Under the pieces are notes generated by a model that saw only the letters and a program-made list of their open reading frames with translations, made no database searches and was not told where the DNA came from. Made by a program: the position numbers and the translations under genes. DNA of 64,000 nt from Sphaerodactylus townsendi (taxonomy: Eukaryota), in contig NC_059427.1 of assembly GCF_021028975.2 (NCBI RefSeq), positions 161,820,001 to 161,884,000 on the forward strand, read 5' to 3'. Shown one piece after another: positions 46,987 to 58,316 of the stretch (within the stretch, counting starts at the first letter, position 1; each line of letters opens with the position of its first letter).

Positions 46987-49899
46987 CAAGAGACAAAAAG
47001 AGATGGTTTTCCATTGCCTGTCTTTGCATAGCCGTTGTGGATTTTTTTTGTTAGTCTCCCAACTAAATACTAACCAGTGTTTTTTTAATTCATTCTCACA
47101 ATTGATCAGCTTTTGAGATCATACAGTTGGAAGAGATCCCAAGGGCCATCAAGTCCAAACCCCTGCAATGCAGGAACACACAATCAAAGCACTCCTGTCA
47201 GGTGGCCATCCAGCCTCTCTTTAACAACCTCCAAAGAAGGAGACTCCACCATACTCCAAGGTAGTGCATTCTGCTGTCAAACAGCTCTTACTGTCAGGAA
47301 GTTTTTCCTGATGTTTAGGTGGAATCTCTTTTCCAGTGAGATCAGATCAAATGAGATCAGATTAGCTTGGGCAATCCATGTCAGGATGTTACACTATTAT
47401 ATTCTGGCCCCTTCCGCACACGCAAAATAATGTGTTTTCAAACCACTTTCACAACTGTTTGCAAGTGGATTTTGCCATTCCGCACAGCTTCAAAGAGCAT
47501 TGAAAGCAGTTTGAAAGTGCCTTATTCTGCATTTGCGGAATGAGCCTTTGAATAATATTCAGTGTAATCCAATGCAAAGTTACATCCAATGGTGAGATTT
47601 AAAAAATTTAACAACTGGTTGTTTACAAGCAGCATTTTAACAATCGGTTCTGCAGAAATGGTGCGAACCTGCTAAATCCCACCATTGGTTACATCCAAAG
47701 TTACTGAAATCAAAGGGCTTAGAACAAAATAATTCTGACCAACACCCCTTTCATACTGGCTACTTGTTTTGGCTTCTGGAAGAAAATGGATTTTTTAAAA
47801 GATTTCAAACACTTGAAATATTTTTTAAAAAAATTCTTAGGTTTGCACCTAATATGGTGATGGAGTTTGTGAGGTAAGGGTGTGTCTCAGGGAAGCTAAC
47901 AGCAATACTGTGAAGGAGTTCAGACCCTGTCAAAAGGCTAAACTCCTAGCAGAGTTACTCAAGATCACAGTTGAGACATCAGACTTACATGCATGTACCC
48001 GCCCTTTCGGAAGCCATATCATGTACCCCCTTTAGGAAGCAATGGTCATATCAGCAGAAGAGAATGATCACTTCCAGTTGTGACAGGTGCCAAGAAATCC
48101 TTGAAGGGTAGCTACTGAGCAGCAGAAGTAGTGGAAGGTGAAACTGGTAAAGATTCTTTTGTAGAGAATGGCAGTAACACTTTGGCTAACTCTGGTTAGT
48201 ACTGTACAGAAGGTGGCAATGGTCAACTACTTCTGATCATCTCTTACCTGGAAAAACCTGTGGTGTTTAATTTTTGTCTTCAGAAACCAAAGCAGATTTA
48301 AGGAGACCTTATGAAAGGAATGCAAGATTTCAATGATTGTTTAACCACAGCATGCATTATACTACAGTTTAATATTGTAATATATCTATTGTAGTGCATT
48401 TATTTGCCACATCGACTTCTCTCAGCATCAAGAAAAGTACAGAAATCAAACTGAATGGCTATTTCCTGTTTTTTTCACCAAAGGAGGCTGATCCTTGGAA
48501 TAAAGGAAAGAATTTAAATTATATTTTCATCTTTAACAGAGTAACACGAACAACAACACCAACACACAATATGACTGTGACGTTTTTCTTGAAGATGACA
48601 ACAAAGAAAAAACCCTAATCTATTATCTGCAAGATAATAATTTTTTTAAGAAATTGCTATCGTGACATTATTATTATGCTTTTTGTCCAAGGTATGCAGT
48701 GTCATGTTTGAAAGTCACAAAACACTGTTTTGAATCCAACTTTTGAACTAAACAGACTTATTGACCCATTTTTTTAAAATCCATTTTTAAAAAATCCTCC
48801 CAATGTTTTATTTCTGTTAAATCTTCCATAAATCATAATTTTTCTATTATCAAATGGCTGGAGGACAAAATTTTTTCACCTGTATCTGTTTTCTCATTTG
48901 TTCCTGGAAGTAAGGAGATGGGCCCGCATGAGAGAGATTTAGCCATGCAAATTCTTATATGTGATGTAAGGGCTGACTCAGTAGAACTATGTATTATATC
49001 TCAGGAGCAGAAACAGTAGAACCAATTAACACTGTTGCTTTTCAACTCTCTGAAGAATTATCAAAATGGGGACTTTGCTGTTCAGAGATTTGGAGACAAT
49101 ACAGAGCAGCCAGTGGTGGGATTCAAATAATTTTTTAAGGAAAGAATAAAGGAAAGAATTTAAATTATATTTTCATCTTTAACAGAGCCCCCAGGGGATG
49201 GGNNNNNNNNNNNNNNNNNNNNNNNNNNNNNNNNNNNNNNNNNNNNNNNNNNNNNNNNNNNNNNNNNNNNNNNNNNNNNNNNNNNNNNNNNNNNNNNNNN
49301 NNNNNNNNNNNNNNNNNNNNNNNNNNNNNNNNNNNNNNNNNNNNNNNNNTTGGGATTCAAATAATTTAACAACTGGTTGTTTATAAGCACCCCTTTAACA
49401 ACTAGTTCTGCTGAAGTGGTGCGAACCTGCTGACTCCCACCACTGAATACAGCCATCAGGAGTGAAAACTGATAATGGAATGGAGGTGAATCCAATCCAC
49501 TCAAGTTTCTAACTAGTGTCTATCTGAGTTACTTAGCACTTGTCTAACACACGAACAAATACCCCTCTAACATGTATGGACTTTTACAGGGTCTGTCTAT
49601 TTCAGGTCATACCAGGCATTTGGCCATCATGAGTGAAAACGGATAATGGAACAGAGGGGCAAATTCTGTGGGCATCCATTTGAAGGTGAACCTGATGCCC
49701 ACAGAACTAATGCCCAGCCATGCAAACTTCAGCAAGGTTGGCTAGTTCCTTTCAGGAGACACATCAACAGCCCTGCGGGAAATAAGTGCTCCCACCCAGA
49801 GCAAGACCCCCCACCGAGCCCCCAATAAAATCTCCAGCAAAGAGCTAGTTGGGCATAACAGCAAGCCCCATTGAAGTCTGTGGTGGGAAAAACAATTAA

Positions 49900-50400
49900 T
49901 TTTTCCCACCATAGAACTTGCTGAAGAGAGCTGGGAGATTCTGTGCTCTGAAGTGGCTCCATTGAAGCCAATGGAGAATTTCTGGGGTGCACATTTTTCA
50001 AGGTAGAGGCACAAAACTTTCAGAGCATCTTCAGGAGACTCTCTTGATGACACCACCCAAGTTTGGTGAACTTTGGGGAGTGAGGCACTTATTTGGGGGG
50101 ATCCATAACTTTGCCCCGCCTGAACGAAACCTTACCAAACTCGGGGAACATCATCAGGACAGTCCCTGGATCATACTCTGAAGTTTTGGTGCCATTAACT
50201 TTCAAACTTTGCCACAACTTGAAGAAACACCCTACAATACAAAAAAATTCAAATAGACCCGAATTTTTCGGATATACCCAAATATTCGAATATATCCGAA
50301 TATGTGATTTGTCTTATTCAGGCCTACAGATAATTTTAAGCCTGAATAAATCCAAATTTCTAGGGTATTTACCAAGCCTATTTTATTTCCGCTCCATCTT
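49900..50400. mobile_element. Fragment of the foldback-module hAT family
   Basis: CCATAACTTTG..ACCAAAC..CATCAGGACAGT modules and CCGAA subterminal repeats. Confidence 0.65.
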
Positions 50401-50404
50401 TAAT

Positions 50405-50945
50405 TAGTAAATCTTTATACCTAATCAAATTGTCACTGTAAGTTGGATTCATTAAAGAAGCTTCATATGGAGAGATCCAATTGGGGGTTTGTTTCACATT
50501 TATTTTTCTATATTCCTCCAAAATTTAAAAATTGATTTCCTTATTATGTGATCTGTAAACAACTTAAATTCTTTACCCTGAGCCGACCAGATATAAAAAT
50601 GCCAACCGAAAAAAGGTCAAAGCCTTCTAAGTTCAAAAGTTCCTTTTTCTCCAGAAGCATCCATTCTCTGAACCAGACTAATCCTGTGGCTTTATGATAA
50701 AGCTCCAAATTTGGTAAATTAAATCCTCCCCTTTTTATATTATATTATCACATAATATCTAGTAGCTAATTCTCGGTTTCCCCTTATCCCAAATAAAGTT
50801 CACCAGGTCTTTTCTACATCTATCAAAAATTTTCTTGGGATACTAATGGGTAAGTTTTGAAACAGAAAATTCATTTTTGCTAAAATGATAATTTTCATTA
50901 GGGCAATTTTTCCCAAAAAGAGACAAATTTAACTTAACCCAATTA
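50405..50945 (-). mobile_element. L1 ORF2 fragment
   Basis: WVKLNLSLFGKIALMK..NFLFQNLPI..GGFNLPNLELYH. Confidence 0.75.
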
Positions 50946-52214
50946 CATAATTTTTGAAGCAAGCACCAAAGCATTCTATAAGAAAAACATTAAAGAGTGT
51001 ACTTAAAAACATCCAGTAAAACATTTGAAATGTAGGCACAAATCAGTAAAAAGGAACAGAATGCTAGATATTATTAATAAAAAGATTGTCTGATAACAGT
51101 CTTATGTATCTAACTAGTGGGTTAGAAGGATAAGGAAGGATTGAAGAATCTATATGTAAACTGCTTTTCAGTCCAAGAAATAAGTTAGAGGGATAATGTT
51201 ATACTATGTATATTATCTATAGGTAAAGGAATAGAATAAAAAATTAAATAGCTTTTTTCTTTTTCTTTTTAAATGCTGGTCTAAATAGTAATGTAAAATC
51301 ATTTTAAAATAATAGGAAAAGCGGGCTGGAGGTGGGGGTGGGCAAAGAAAACCATTAGAAGAATTACATGCTAGGAAAAAGACAAAGACAGCTGTGAATC
51401 ACCACGGGCTGCAGTTGCCACTTGGGGTGGGTAGGTGGAGCTGCGCCAGCTGCAGCTGCCCAAGTATGGGCGGAAGCAGAACCCTGGCCTTGTTAGGTCA
51501 GGGCAGGTGTCACTGGAAGAGGGAAGGCAGACCAGAGCCTTTAAAAGGCCAAGCCCTCCCTTGTACTGGCCATGTACTTCGGCCGGCCAGCAATTTGCCC
51601 ATTCACCTCTTCCCTTTTGTACGGTCTTGTTAATGCATGTTATTCTGTCATAGCCACTGGGGGTTGGCGTATGGGTATTGATTTGGAAGGGCAGGGGAAG
51701 GGAGATAGGGAGCTATCTCTCCCCTCCTTTCGAGTGGCCAATGGCGGCAAGAGGCAACCGCCCTGCCGAACTCAGCAAAAGGGGAACACCTCTTGCCAGG
51801 AGCATCCGCCCGGCAGAGTCCCTCAGTGGAGCGAAGCTCCAGTACGAGGCAGCCACCCGCGGGAGCTTCACCACGATGCAGACACAATCAGATCAAGACC
51901 CACGCTAGGCCTCATGCTTCCATTTTTTGTTTAATAAAATGGCGATGGCTAATTGATTTATCCCAGCTAAGGTGTGGTGTGGTTATTGGGGGAGGGTCCA
52001 CTCAGGAAGTTCCCACCCTCGAACGGCAATTGAAAAGTGGCTTCCTGAAAAACCTCTGGTCAAAAGTAGTCTCAAAAGAGCTGGGGAAAAGTGGTGGTGG
52101 TGAGGGAGCACAGTGAAAACCAAAGGCACAAAAATGCATGCAGAAATGAAGAGATAAAACAAAGCAGTATGGGGCCAGAACCAATGGGGGGAAAGTTTAT
52201 GCAGAAAACTCTAA

Positions 52215-52788
52215 GGCCGTTTCCTCCGCCACTGAAGCCACAATGTAGGGGTTGAATTGGTCGGGTGTTACCACTGACGCCGACCCAACCCCCAACTAAG
52301 GGTACCCGTTCTCGCCACGTAATGGTCCCAGAAACCACCAGGAAGACGGCGCCGCTGAGTGCTGTCGCCCGGTCAACCTACCGTCTCTGCGGCCGTCCGG
52401 CACGTCACCAAGACCTGGGCACACGCCCCCTACCCTGCGTGACCTCTCTGGCATCGCAGGGCGGGGGGGCTTGTCCCCAGGCCTCAGCGACACGCCGGAT
52501 GGCCGCAGAGACGGTAGGTCGACAGGTCAGAGGGGGGAGGGATGGCGCCTTCGAGCCGCTGCCATGCTCGAAACCGCCATTTTCTGTAAACCTCGCTGGG
52601 GAAGCGAGGTTGGAAAACGACGGCTTTACGCGACCTTTTGCTTCGGCAGGAGAGCATAAAGCGGGCGCCGCTGCTGGCAGCAGCTGCATGCCCCTGTCTG
52701 GTGCGAGCAGCTCCCCTAGGGGACGGCATTTTGCCATCCCCAGGAGCACTGCTTACTTGGCCAGCCCCCACGTCTTGCGGAAAGGGCC
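52215..52788. mobile_element. GC-rich Harbinger MITE family D (reverse orientation)
   Basis: GGCCGTTTCC / GCGGAAAGGGCC. Confidence 0.8.
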
Positions 52789-52999
52789 AGAGTCTGAAGA
52801 GAGTCACCATATAAAGAGGCAGCAAAGCTCTGAATGCTGGTGTTGTTGGGCAATCTCAGGAAATTATCTCAGCCTTAATATCCTCTTTGTTGGCTCATCT
52901 AAGATAACTAGTGGATCAGTATGTGAAAAAGGATGCTGGACTAGATGGACCACTGGGCTGATTCAGCAAGCTTCACTGATGTACCTATGATTTCAACCA

Positions 53000-53488
53000 T
53001 TCTAGAGAATATCCCTTGGAACAAACCTCTCTCAGGGCGAGTTCCCTAACACCTTCCTCTCTTTGTCACTGCAGTTTACTCCCAACAGAACTTGGCTTAA
53101 CAAGACCCCTATGGAATCAGTTTGCCTTTTATTGCCTCCGAGAGGTCGTGGTTTGATTTGCTGCCTGCAATACAGACAGTTGTTTTTCAAGCCCAGGTCC
53201 ATTAAACACCTGGATCCAGAAGTTGCCAGCTGGGAAGCTCTGGTTTTTCTACAAAGGGATACAGGTTACTTAAATGGAATTCATCTGGGCAGACTTACTG
53301 GGGGTCTGGCTGGCTGTGAAATTCTGCTTTCTGCCTTTAGCCAAAATCTATGGAAAGGGTCAGACTGAACCTTCAATAGAGGTCCTTCGTGTTCACAAGT
53401 ATCTTCCTTCTTCAGCTATCAAAGGTCCTCTGCCATTGAGGGAGTAAAGCTGAGGGATTGCATGGCACAAGGAAGTTTACTGGTGAGT
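53000..53488 (+). promoter_or_regulatory. Candidate promoter and non-coding first exon of the OR at 57384
   Basis: Paralogous to 62215-62829; conserved CTTAA..AGACCCC.ATGGAA (homeodomain + O/E-like) and TG|GTGAGT donor at 53483. Confidence 0.55.
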
Positions 53489-53680
53489 AAGGAAAGTCCT
53501 TTCAAGAGGTGCCTTGTGAATGTCTAATGCTAGCCGGCTCTAAGAGAAAAGATGGCTATCGTATTGAACCGGTTTAATGTGAAGACTGCTTCAGGCTTAA
53601 TCAGTCAAAAATCAAGCAAAGGAAAGACTTGGGTGCTGTGTGGTTTCCGGGCTGTATGGCCGTGTTCTAGCAGCATTCTC

Positions 53681-53723
53681 TCCTGACGTTTCGCCTGCAT
53701 CTGTGGCTGGCATCTTCAGAGGA
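53681..53723 (-). ncRNA. Minimal type-I hammerhead ribozyme motif
   Basis: Reverse complement reads TCCT-CTGAAGA-TGCC..GGC-GAAACGTC-AGGA. Confidence 0.75.
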
Positions 53724-54152
53724 TCTGATGGTAGGAATGGAAAGCAAGTGGAGTATATATACTGTGAGGTGAAAAGGTGAGGCCCTCTGAATAGAGTAGC
53801 CTGGCATGTGAGTCACAGAGGAAGGAAGGGAAGAAACCATGAAAATGAACAGAATTTGGCTGCCAGTGTTGAAAAACTCTAGAATCAAGACAGTGACGAT
53901 CCTGGCTCAAAGGCTCCACACACAAAAACACAGGGACAACTTCTGATAGACTACTTAGCACTCAAAGGGAGACAAGACTTTTCAGGATACTACTATTTAG
54001 ATCCATTCAACTATTGCCCTTGCTAGCTTCATTGTTACTCCCATGCTACAGACTTCTCTGTGACTCACATGCCAGGCTACTCTATTCAGAGGGCCTCACC
54101 TTTTCACCTCACAGTATATATACTCCACTTGCTTTCCATTCCTACCATCAGA

Positions 54153-54195
54153 TCCTCTGAAGATGCCAGCCACAGATGCAGGCGAAACGTCAGGA
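54153..54195 (+). ncRNA. Minimal type-I hammerhead ribozyme motif
   Basis: Intact core CUGAAGA..GAAA, GUC cleavage triplet at 54189-54191, palindromic ACGU in stem III. Confidence 0.75.
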
Positions 54196-54741
54196 GAGAA
54201 TGCTGCCAGAACACGGCCATATAGCCCGGAAACCACACAGCACCCAAGTGATTCCGGCCGTGAAAGCCTTTGACAATACAAAGGAAAGACTGATTATCAG
54301 TCTCCCAATATCTTCAGCAAGGTTCAGATGGTTGTATTCTCACTGGCTTGGAGCAGATACAATCCAGCAAAAAAAACAAAAACAAAAATGAAACATGTCC
54401 TTCCAGAAGTGGTAGGAAATTCTTCCAGGGCTGCCCACAAGCATGAAGAAAGAAGTCCTCTCCCTCGAACAGAAGCTGACTGCATTGAAATGGGCAGATG
54501 AAGTTTTTCAGGCCAATTTGGTAAATAGTATCTTCTGGTACATACTATTCCATGAAGCCTCTGTTAAGAGAGAAGATATTTTTCCTGCAGATATTGTTAA
54601 GGTCCAGATGAAGAGGGTAAGTTGAGACTGTCAGTGGGAAGAGACGGTGTGGGAGAGGGAAGATAATCCACATTTGGTCATTTGATCTGCGATGACTCGC
54701 AATTGAGTGTTTGAATTGCTACCCCTACATTGACTATAGAT

Positions 54742-55192
54742 CAGTGATGGAGAACCTTTTTGAGACCGAGTGCCCAAATTGCAACTCAAAACCCACTTAT
54801 TTATTGCAAAGTGCCAACCCGGCAATTTAACCTGAATGCTGAGGTTTTAGTTTAGAGAAAACTGGTTGACTCCCTCTTCCTCCACCCCACCCGCTCGAGC
54901 AGGGGCCAGCAAGTTCTGCACGTACTGCTCTGTGCCTCTCTAGCATCTCTGCCTCCTCTGTGCCCCCCCTCGGGCAGCAGCCACCTGGAGCACAGGCACC
55001 AGGCCTGCCAGCTGAGTCCTCCTTGCTCACCACAGTGCGGGCATGTCGTGCTCAGTGCCCCAGGCCAGCCTAGATGTGTGTGTGTGGGGTGTGTGTGTGA
55101 TTTTCCACCCCCCCCACATGACGAACTCTGTGTGCAAGTGGCCGCAGAAAGGGCTCCGAGTGCCACCGAGTGCCATAGGTTCGCCATCACTG
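54742..55192. mobile_element. hAT Charlie-like element
   Basis: CAGTGATGGAGAACC / GGTTCGCCATCACTG; TSD CTATAGAT; empty paralogous site at about 56260. Confidence 0.92.
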
Positions 55193-55435
55193 CTATAGAT
55201 GAGCCACCTGTTTGTGAACATTTACTCCCACAGACGAAACTATCTGGGATGAAAGAGTCCACTTTACAGAACGGTTCTAGGTTATTTGGGAGGGAAAGCG
55301 TCAGATCTCATTCAGACAAATGCTCTCCAAAGCAGTTCTTCTCAACCTTTTGGGCAGAATGATCCATTGTCTAAAACTGAAATGGGTAGGCATGGTGACC
55401 CATCCTGGGCTGCTCCAACTTTTTTGGCACTCTAG

Positions 55436-55576
55436 GGCTCATTCCGCACATGCAGAATAATGCACTTTCAAACTGCTTTCAGTGCCCTTTGAAGCTGTGT
55501 GGAATAGCAAAATCCACTTGCAAACAGTTGTGAAAGTGGTTTAAAAATGCATTATTTTGCTTGTGCGGAAGGGGCC
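55436..55576. mobile_element. Harbinger MITE family A
   Basis: TSD TAG. Confidence 0.9.
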
Positions 55577-55876
55577 TAGGCAACCTATGCCATTGATACT
55601 CATTGAGTTCAGAGTTCCATTTTCTAGTGGGCAACCACGTATTTTGGAGAAACCAACAAAGATCCCACCAGTCTGCTTCAAAGCAAGCAGCATTTCAAAG
55701 GCATATCCCTTTGCCCATGGAAATTGCAGTCCAACCTTGACTCACAATCCCCAACATGCCCTCCAGTCCCTAGTGAGTTTCTAGAAAACTATCTTTAGTA
55801 GCCATAAAGACATGCTTTACTTCACTTTATCAACCCGCATGCACCTACAGGAAAGAAAACATAGCAATGAATGTAT

Positions 55877-55995
55877 GGCTGATTCCACATGGGCCAAAAG
55901 CAGCAGTGTGAACATGGTGTAAAAGGGTTTTAAAATGGTGTAAAAGGGTTTATACTGTTTTCACACCGCTGTTTTTGGCCCATGAGGAATCAGCC
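55877..55995. mobile_element. Harbinger MITE family C (uninterrupted)
   Basis: GGCTGATTCCACATGGGCC / GGCCCATGAGGAATCAGCC. Confidence 0.85.
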
Positions 55996-57383
55996 TTTGA
56001 CATAGAAGATACTGTTTCCAGCGGCAGGCCTTGATTTCCAAAATGCATGTCAAAGCTTTGGCACTAGTTCAACACTGAAATTGGTTGTTCTAATAGGCAC
56101 TATATTTCTCCTCCAGATATTGTTAAGGTCCAGACGAAGAGGAGAAGTTGAGACTGTCAGTGGGAAGAGATGGTGTGGGAGAGGGAAGAGAATCCATATT
56201 TGGTCATTTGATCTGTGATGACTCGCAACTGAGTGTTTGAATTGCGACCCCTACATTGACTACAGATGAGCCACCTGTTTGTGAACATTTACTCCCACAT
56301 ACGAAACTATCTGGGATGAAAGAGTCCACTTTACAAAACGGTTCTAGGTTATTTGGGAGGGAAACCATCAGATCTCATTCATACAAATGCTCTCCAAAGC
56401 AGTTCTCAACCTTTTGGGTAGAATGATCCATTGTCTAAAATTCTATATAGGAAAATAAACTCTAAAACTCTAAATAGGACTCTATATAGGAAACTGTGTT
56501 TACCTCTTACTGGCGGTCAAATGTCATGAGACTTTTTGTGATTTATATGCAATTGGTTGCATTCACCACGCATGACAACATGTTTGCTCTAAAAAGCAGA
56601 AACACCAAGGAAGGTAAGAACACATCAACATGTCATACTTTACAGCTTTAGAACAGTGCAAGTAATGTCATCATGCTGCCCGTCAAATTGGGTTGTGTCA
56701 TGATCAGTGGTGGGATTCAGATAATTTAACAACTGGTTCCGGTGGTGGGATTCAAATAATTTAACGACTGGTTTTTACAAGCACCATTTTAACAACTGGT
56801 TCTGCCGAAGTGGTGCGAACCTGCTGAATCCCACCACTGGTCATGATGTTCCAAGAACCAACACAACTAATAGGGGCGATGGTAACACAGGTTCAGGGTT
56901 GAAAACTAATTTTACGCTCATTTTTGTTATTTGTATGGAAATAAATGTGTACTGTGGGCTTTAAAGGGCCCTACCTGTAAGTGTGTTAATGTTTGTGTGT
57001 GTATATAATTATAGGTATATAACATTGTACATTATATTTTTTCTAACATTTATGTAATTTTCATAATTGAAACTTTTAACCCGCAATATGAATTTAGTCT
57101 TGACCTTTGGGTACTTAATTTTGTTGTTCTAGAGTTAAGTGTTGCCCCCTTTTCTATTTGCTTTAGGGTTTGTTCAAGGGCATCATAGTCCTGCGAAAAA
57201 AATTGACCCAAATGGTCCCAGGAAACTCCAGGACACTTCTGCCGAAGGGAGAAGCCATTGTTGAAATTTGCTTTCCCTCCTTTTATCGTTCATTGTAGGT
57301 CCTAATTGTCGGGCATGTAGAAGTGAGAACTTCTGATCACGACCGGTTCCATAAATGTTATTTTTTTCCTCTCTAGCTAAACC

Positions 57384-58316
57384 ATGGAGAAAAAGAACCA
57401 AACATTAGTCTCTGGATTCATCCTGCAGGCAATCTTCAACCAAGCAGGGCACGGAAACCTTGTCTTCTTTGTCCTCCTCCTCGTATATATGTTGAGTCTT
57501 GTGGGAAATCTGATGATTGTCTTTGTGATCTGGTGTGATTCACATCTCCTCCACACACCCATGTATTTCTTCCTCAGTTACCTTGCTCTGGCTGATGTGG
57601 GTTTTGCCTCCTCCACTGTCCCAATAACGCTACGCAGCCTAGTTTCCTGGGACAAGATAATCTCCTATGGTGGGTGCTTTTCTCAGCTGTATTTTTTCTT
57701 GGCTTTTGGCAGTAGTGACAGCTTTCTGCTTGCGGCTATGGCCTATGACCGCTACATGGCTATCTGCCACCCCCTGCATTATATTGCCTTGATCAACCCC
57801 AAGCGATGTCGCTTGATGGTCTCTGGATGTTGGCTCCTGGCCTTTCTACACTCCGTGCCATATGCATTGATGGTTTCCCATCTCTCATTTTGTGCATCCC
57901 GGGAGATCCCCAATTTCTTCTGTGATGTCAATCCACTCTTGGGACTATCTTGTTCGGACACCAGTACCATCAAGATGATGCTATGGACAGCAGGCACGTT
58001 ATCTCTTGCGGGACCCTTTCTGCTTGTTGTGATCTCCTATGCACGCATCTTCCTGACCATAGTGAAGACTCCATCTGCAAGCAGCAAACGCAAGGCCTTC
58101 TCCACATGTGGTTCTCACTTGGCCGTGGTTATCTTATACTTTAGCACCCTCATCTGGGTCTATTTGCTGCCTACCTCTGGGAATAAGACCCTGGCTTCTC
58201 TCATGTACACTGTCATTGCCCCGATGCTGAATCCCTTCATTTACAGTCTGAGGAACAGTGAGATGAAGGGTGCCCTGAAGAGACTCACTGGCCGGATGCG
58301 AGTCTCTGTAGAATAA
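57384..58316 (+). CDS. Olfactory receptor, family-1-like, intact (310 aa)
   Basis: NQT, LHTPMYFFLS, SDSFLLAAMAYDRYMAICHPLHY, FFCD..PLL.LSCSDT, KAFSTCGSHL, PMLNPFIYSLRN; acceptor TTTTTTTCCTCTCTAG ends at 57376; Kozak ACCATGG. Confidence 0.96.
   Translation: MEKKNQTLVSGFILQAIFNQAGHGNLVFFVLLLVYMLSLVGNLMIVFVIWCDSHLLHTPMYFFLSYLALADVGFASSTVPITLRSLVSWDKIISYGGCFSQLYFFLAFGSSDSFLLAAMAYDRYMAICHPLHYIALINPKRCRLMVSGCWLLAFLHSVPYALMVSHLSFCASREIPNFFCDVNPLLGLSCSDTSTIKMMLWTAGTLSLAGPFLLVVISYARIFLTIVKTPSASSKRKAFSTCGSHLAVVILYFSTLIWVYLLPTSGNKTLASLMYTVIAPMLNPFIYSLRNSEMKGALKRLTGRMRVSVE

Larger units (their letters stand above)
53630..54280 (+). mobile_element. 5'-truncated Penelope (Poseidon-type) with inverted pLTR
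   Basis: About 190-bp inverted repeats (53630-53820 / 54056-54246); GIY-YIG C-terminus EETMKMNRIWLPVLKNS; TSD (CA)AAGGAAAGACT. Confidence 0.9.

Noticed and set aside
48501-49188. 41-bp exact duplication (48501-48541 and 49148-49188) inside a hAT end next to a gap
   Set aside because: Most likely a gap-edge assembly artefact
17075-49504. ORFs containing X runs at the five N gaps (17222-17403, 21919-22172, 24327-24544, 33470-33691, 49203-49350)
   Set aside because: Artefacts of translating Ns
51393-52110. LTR-like segments with TATA/polyA motifs (also about 1097-1698, 20283-20925 and 25190-25835)
   Set aside because: Matching termini and TSDs could not be established
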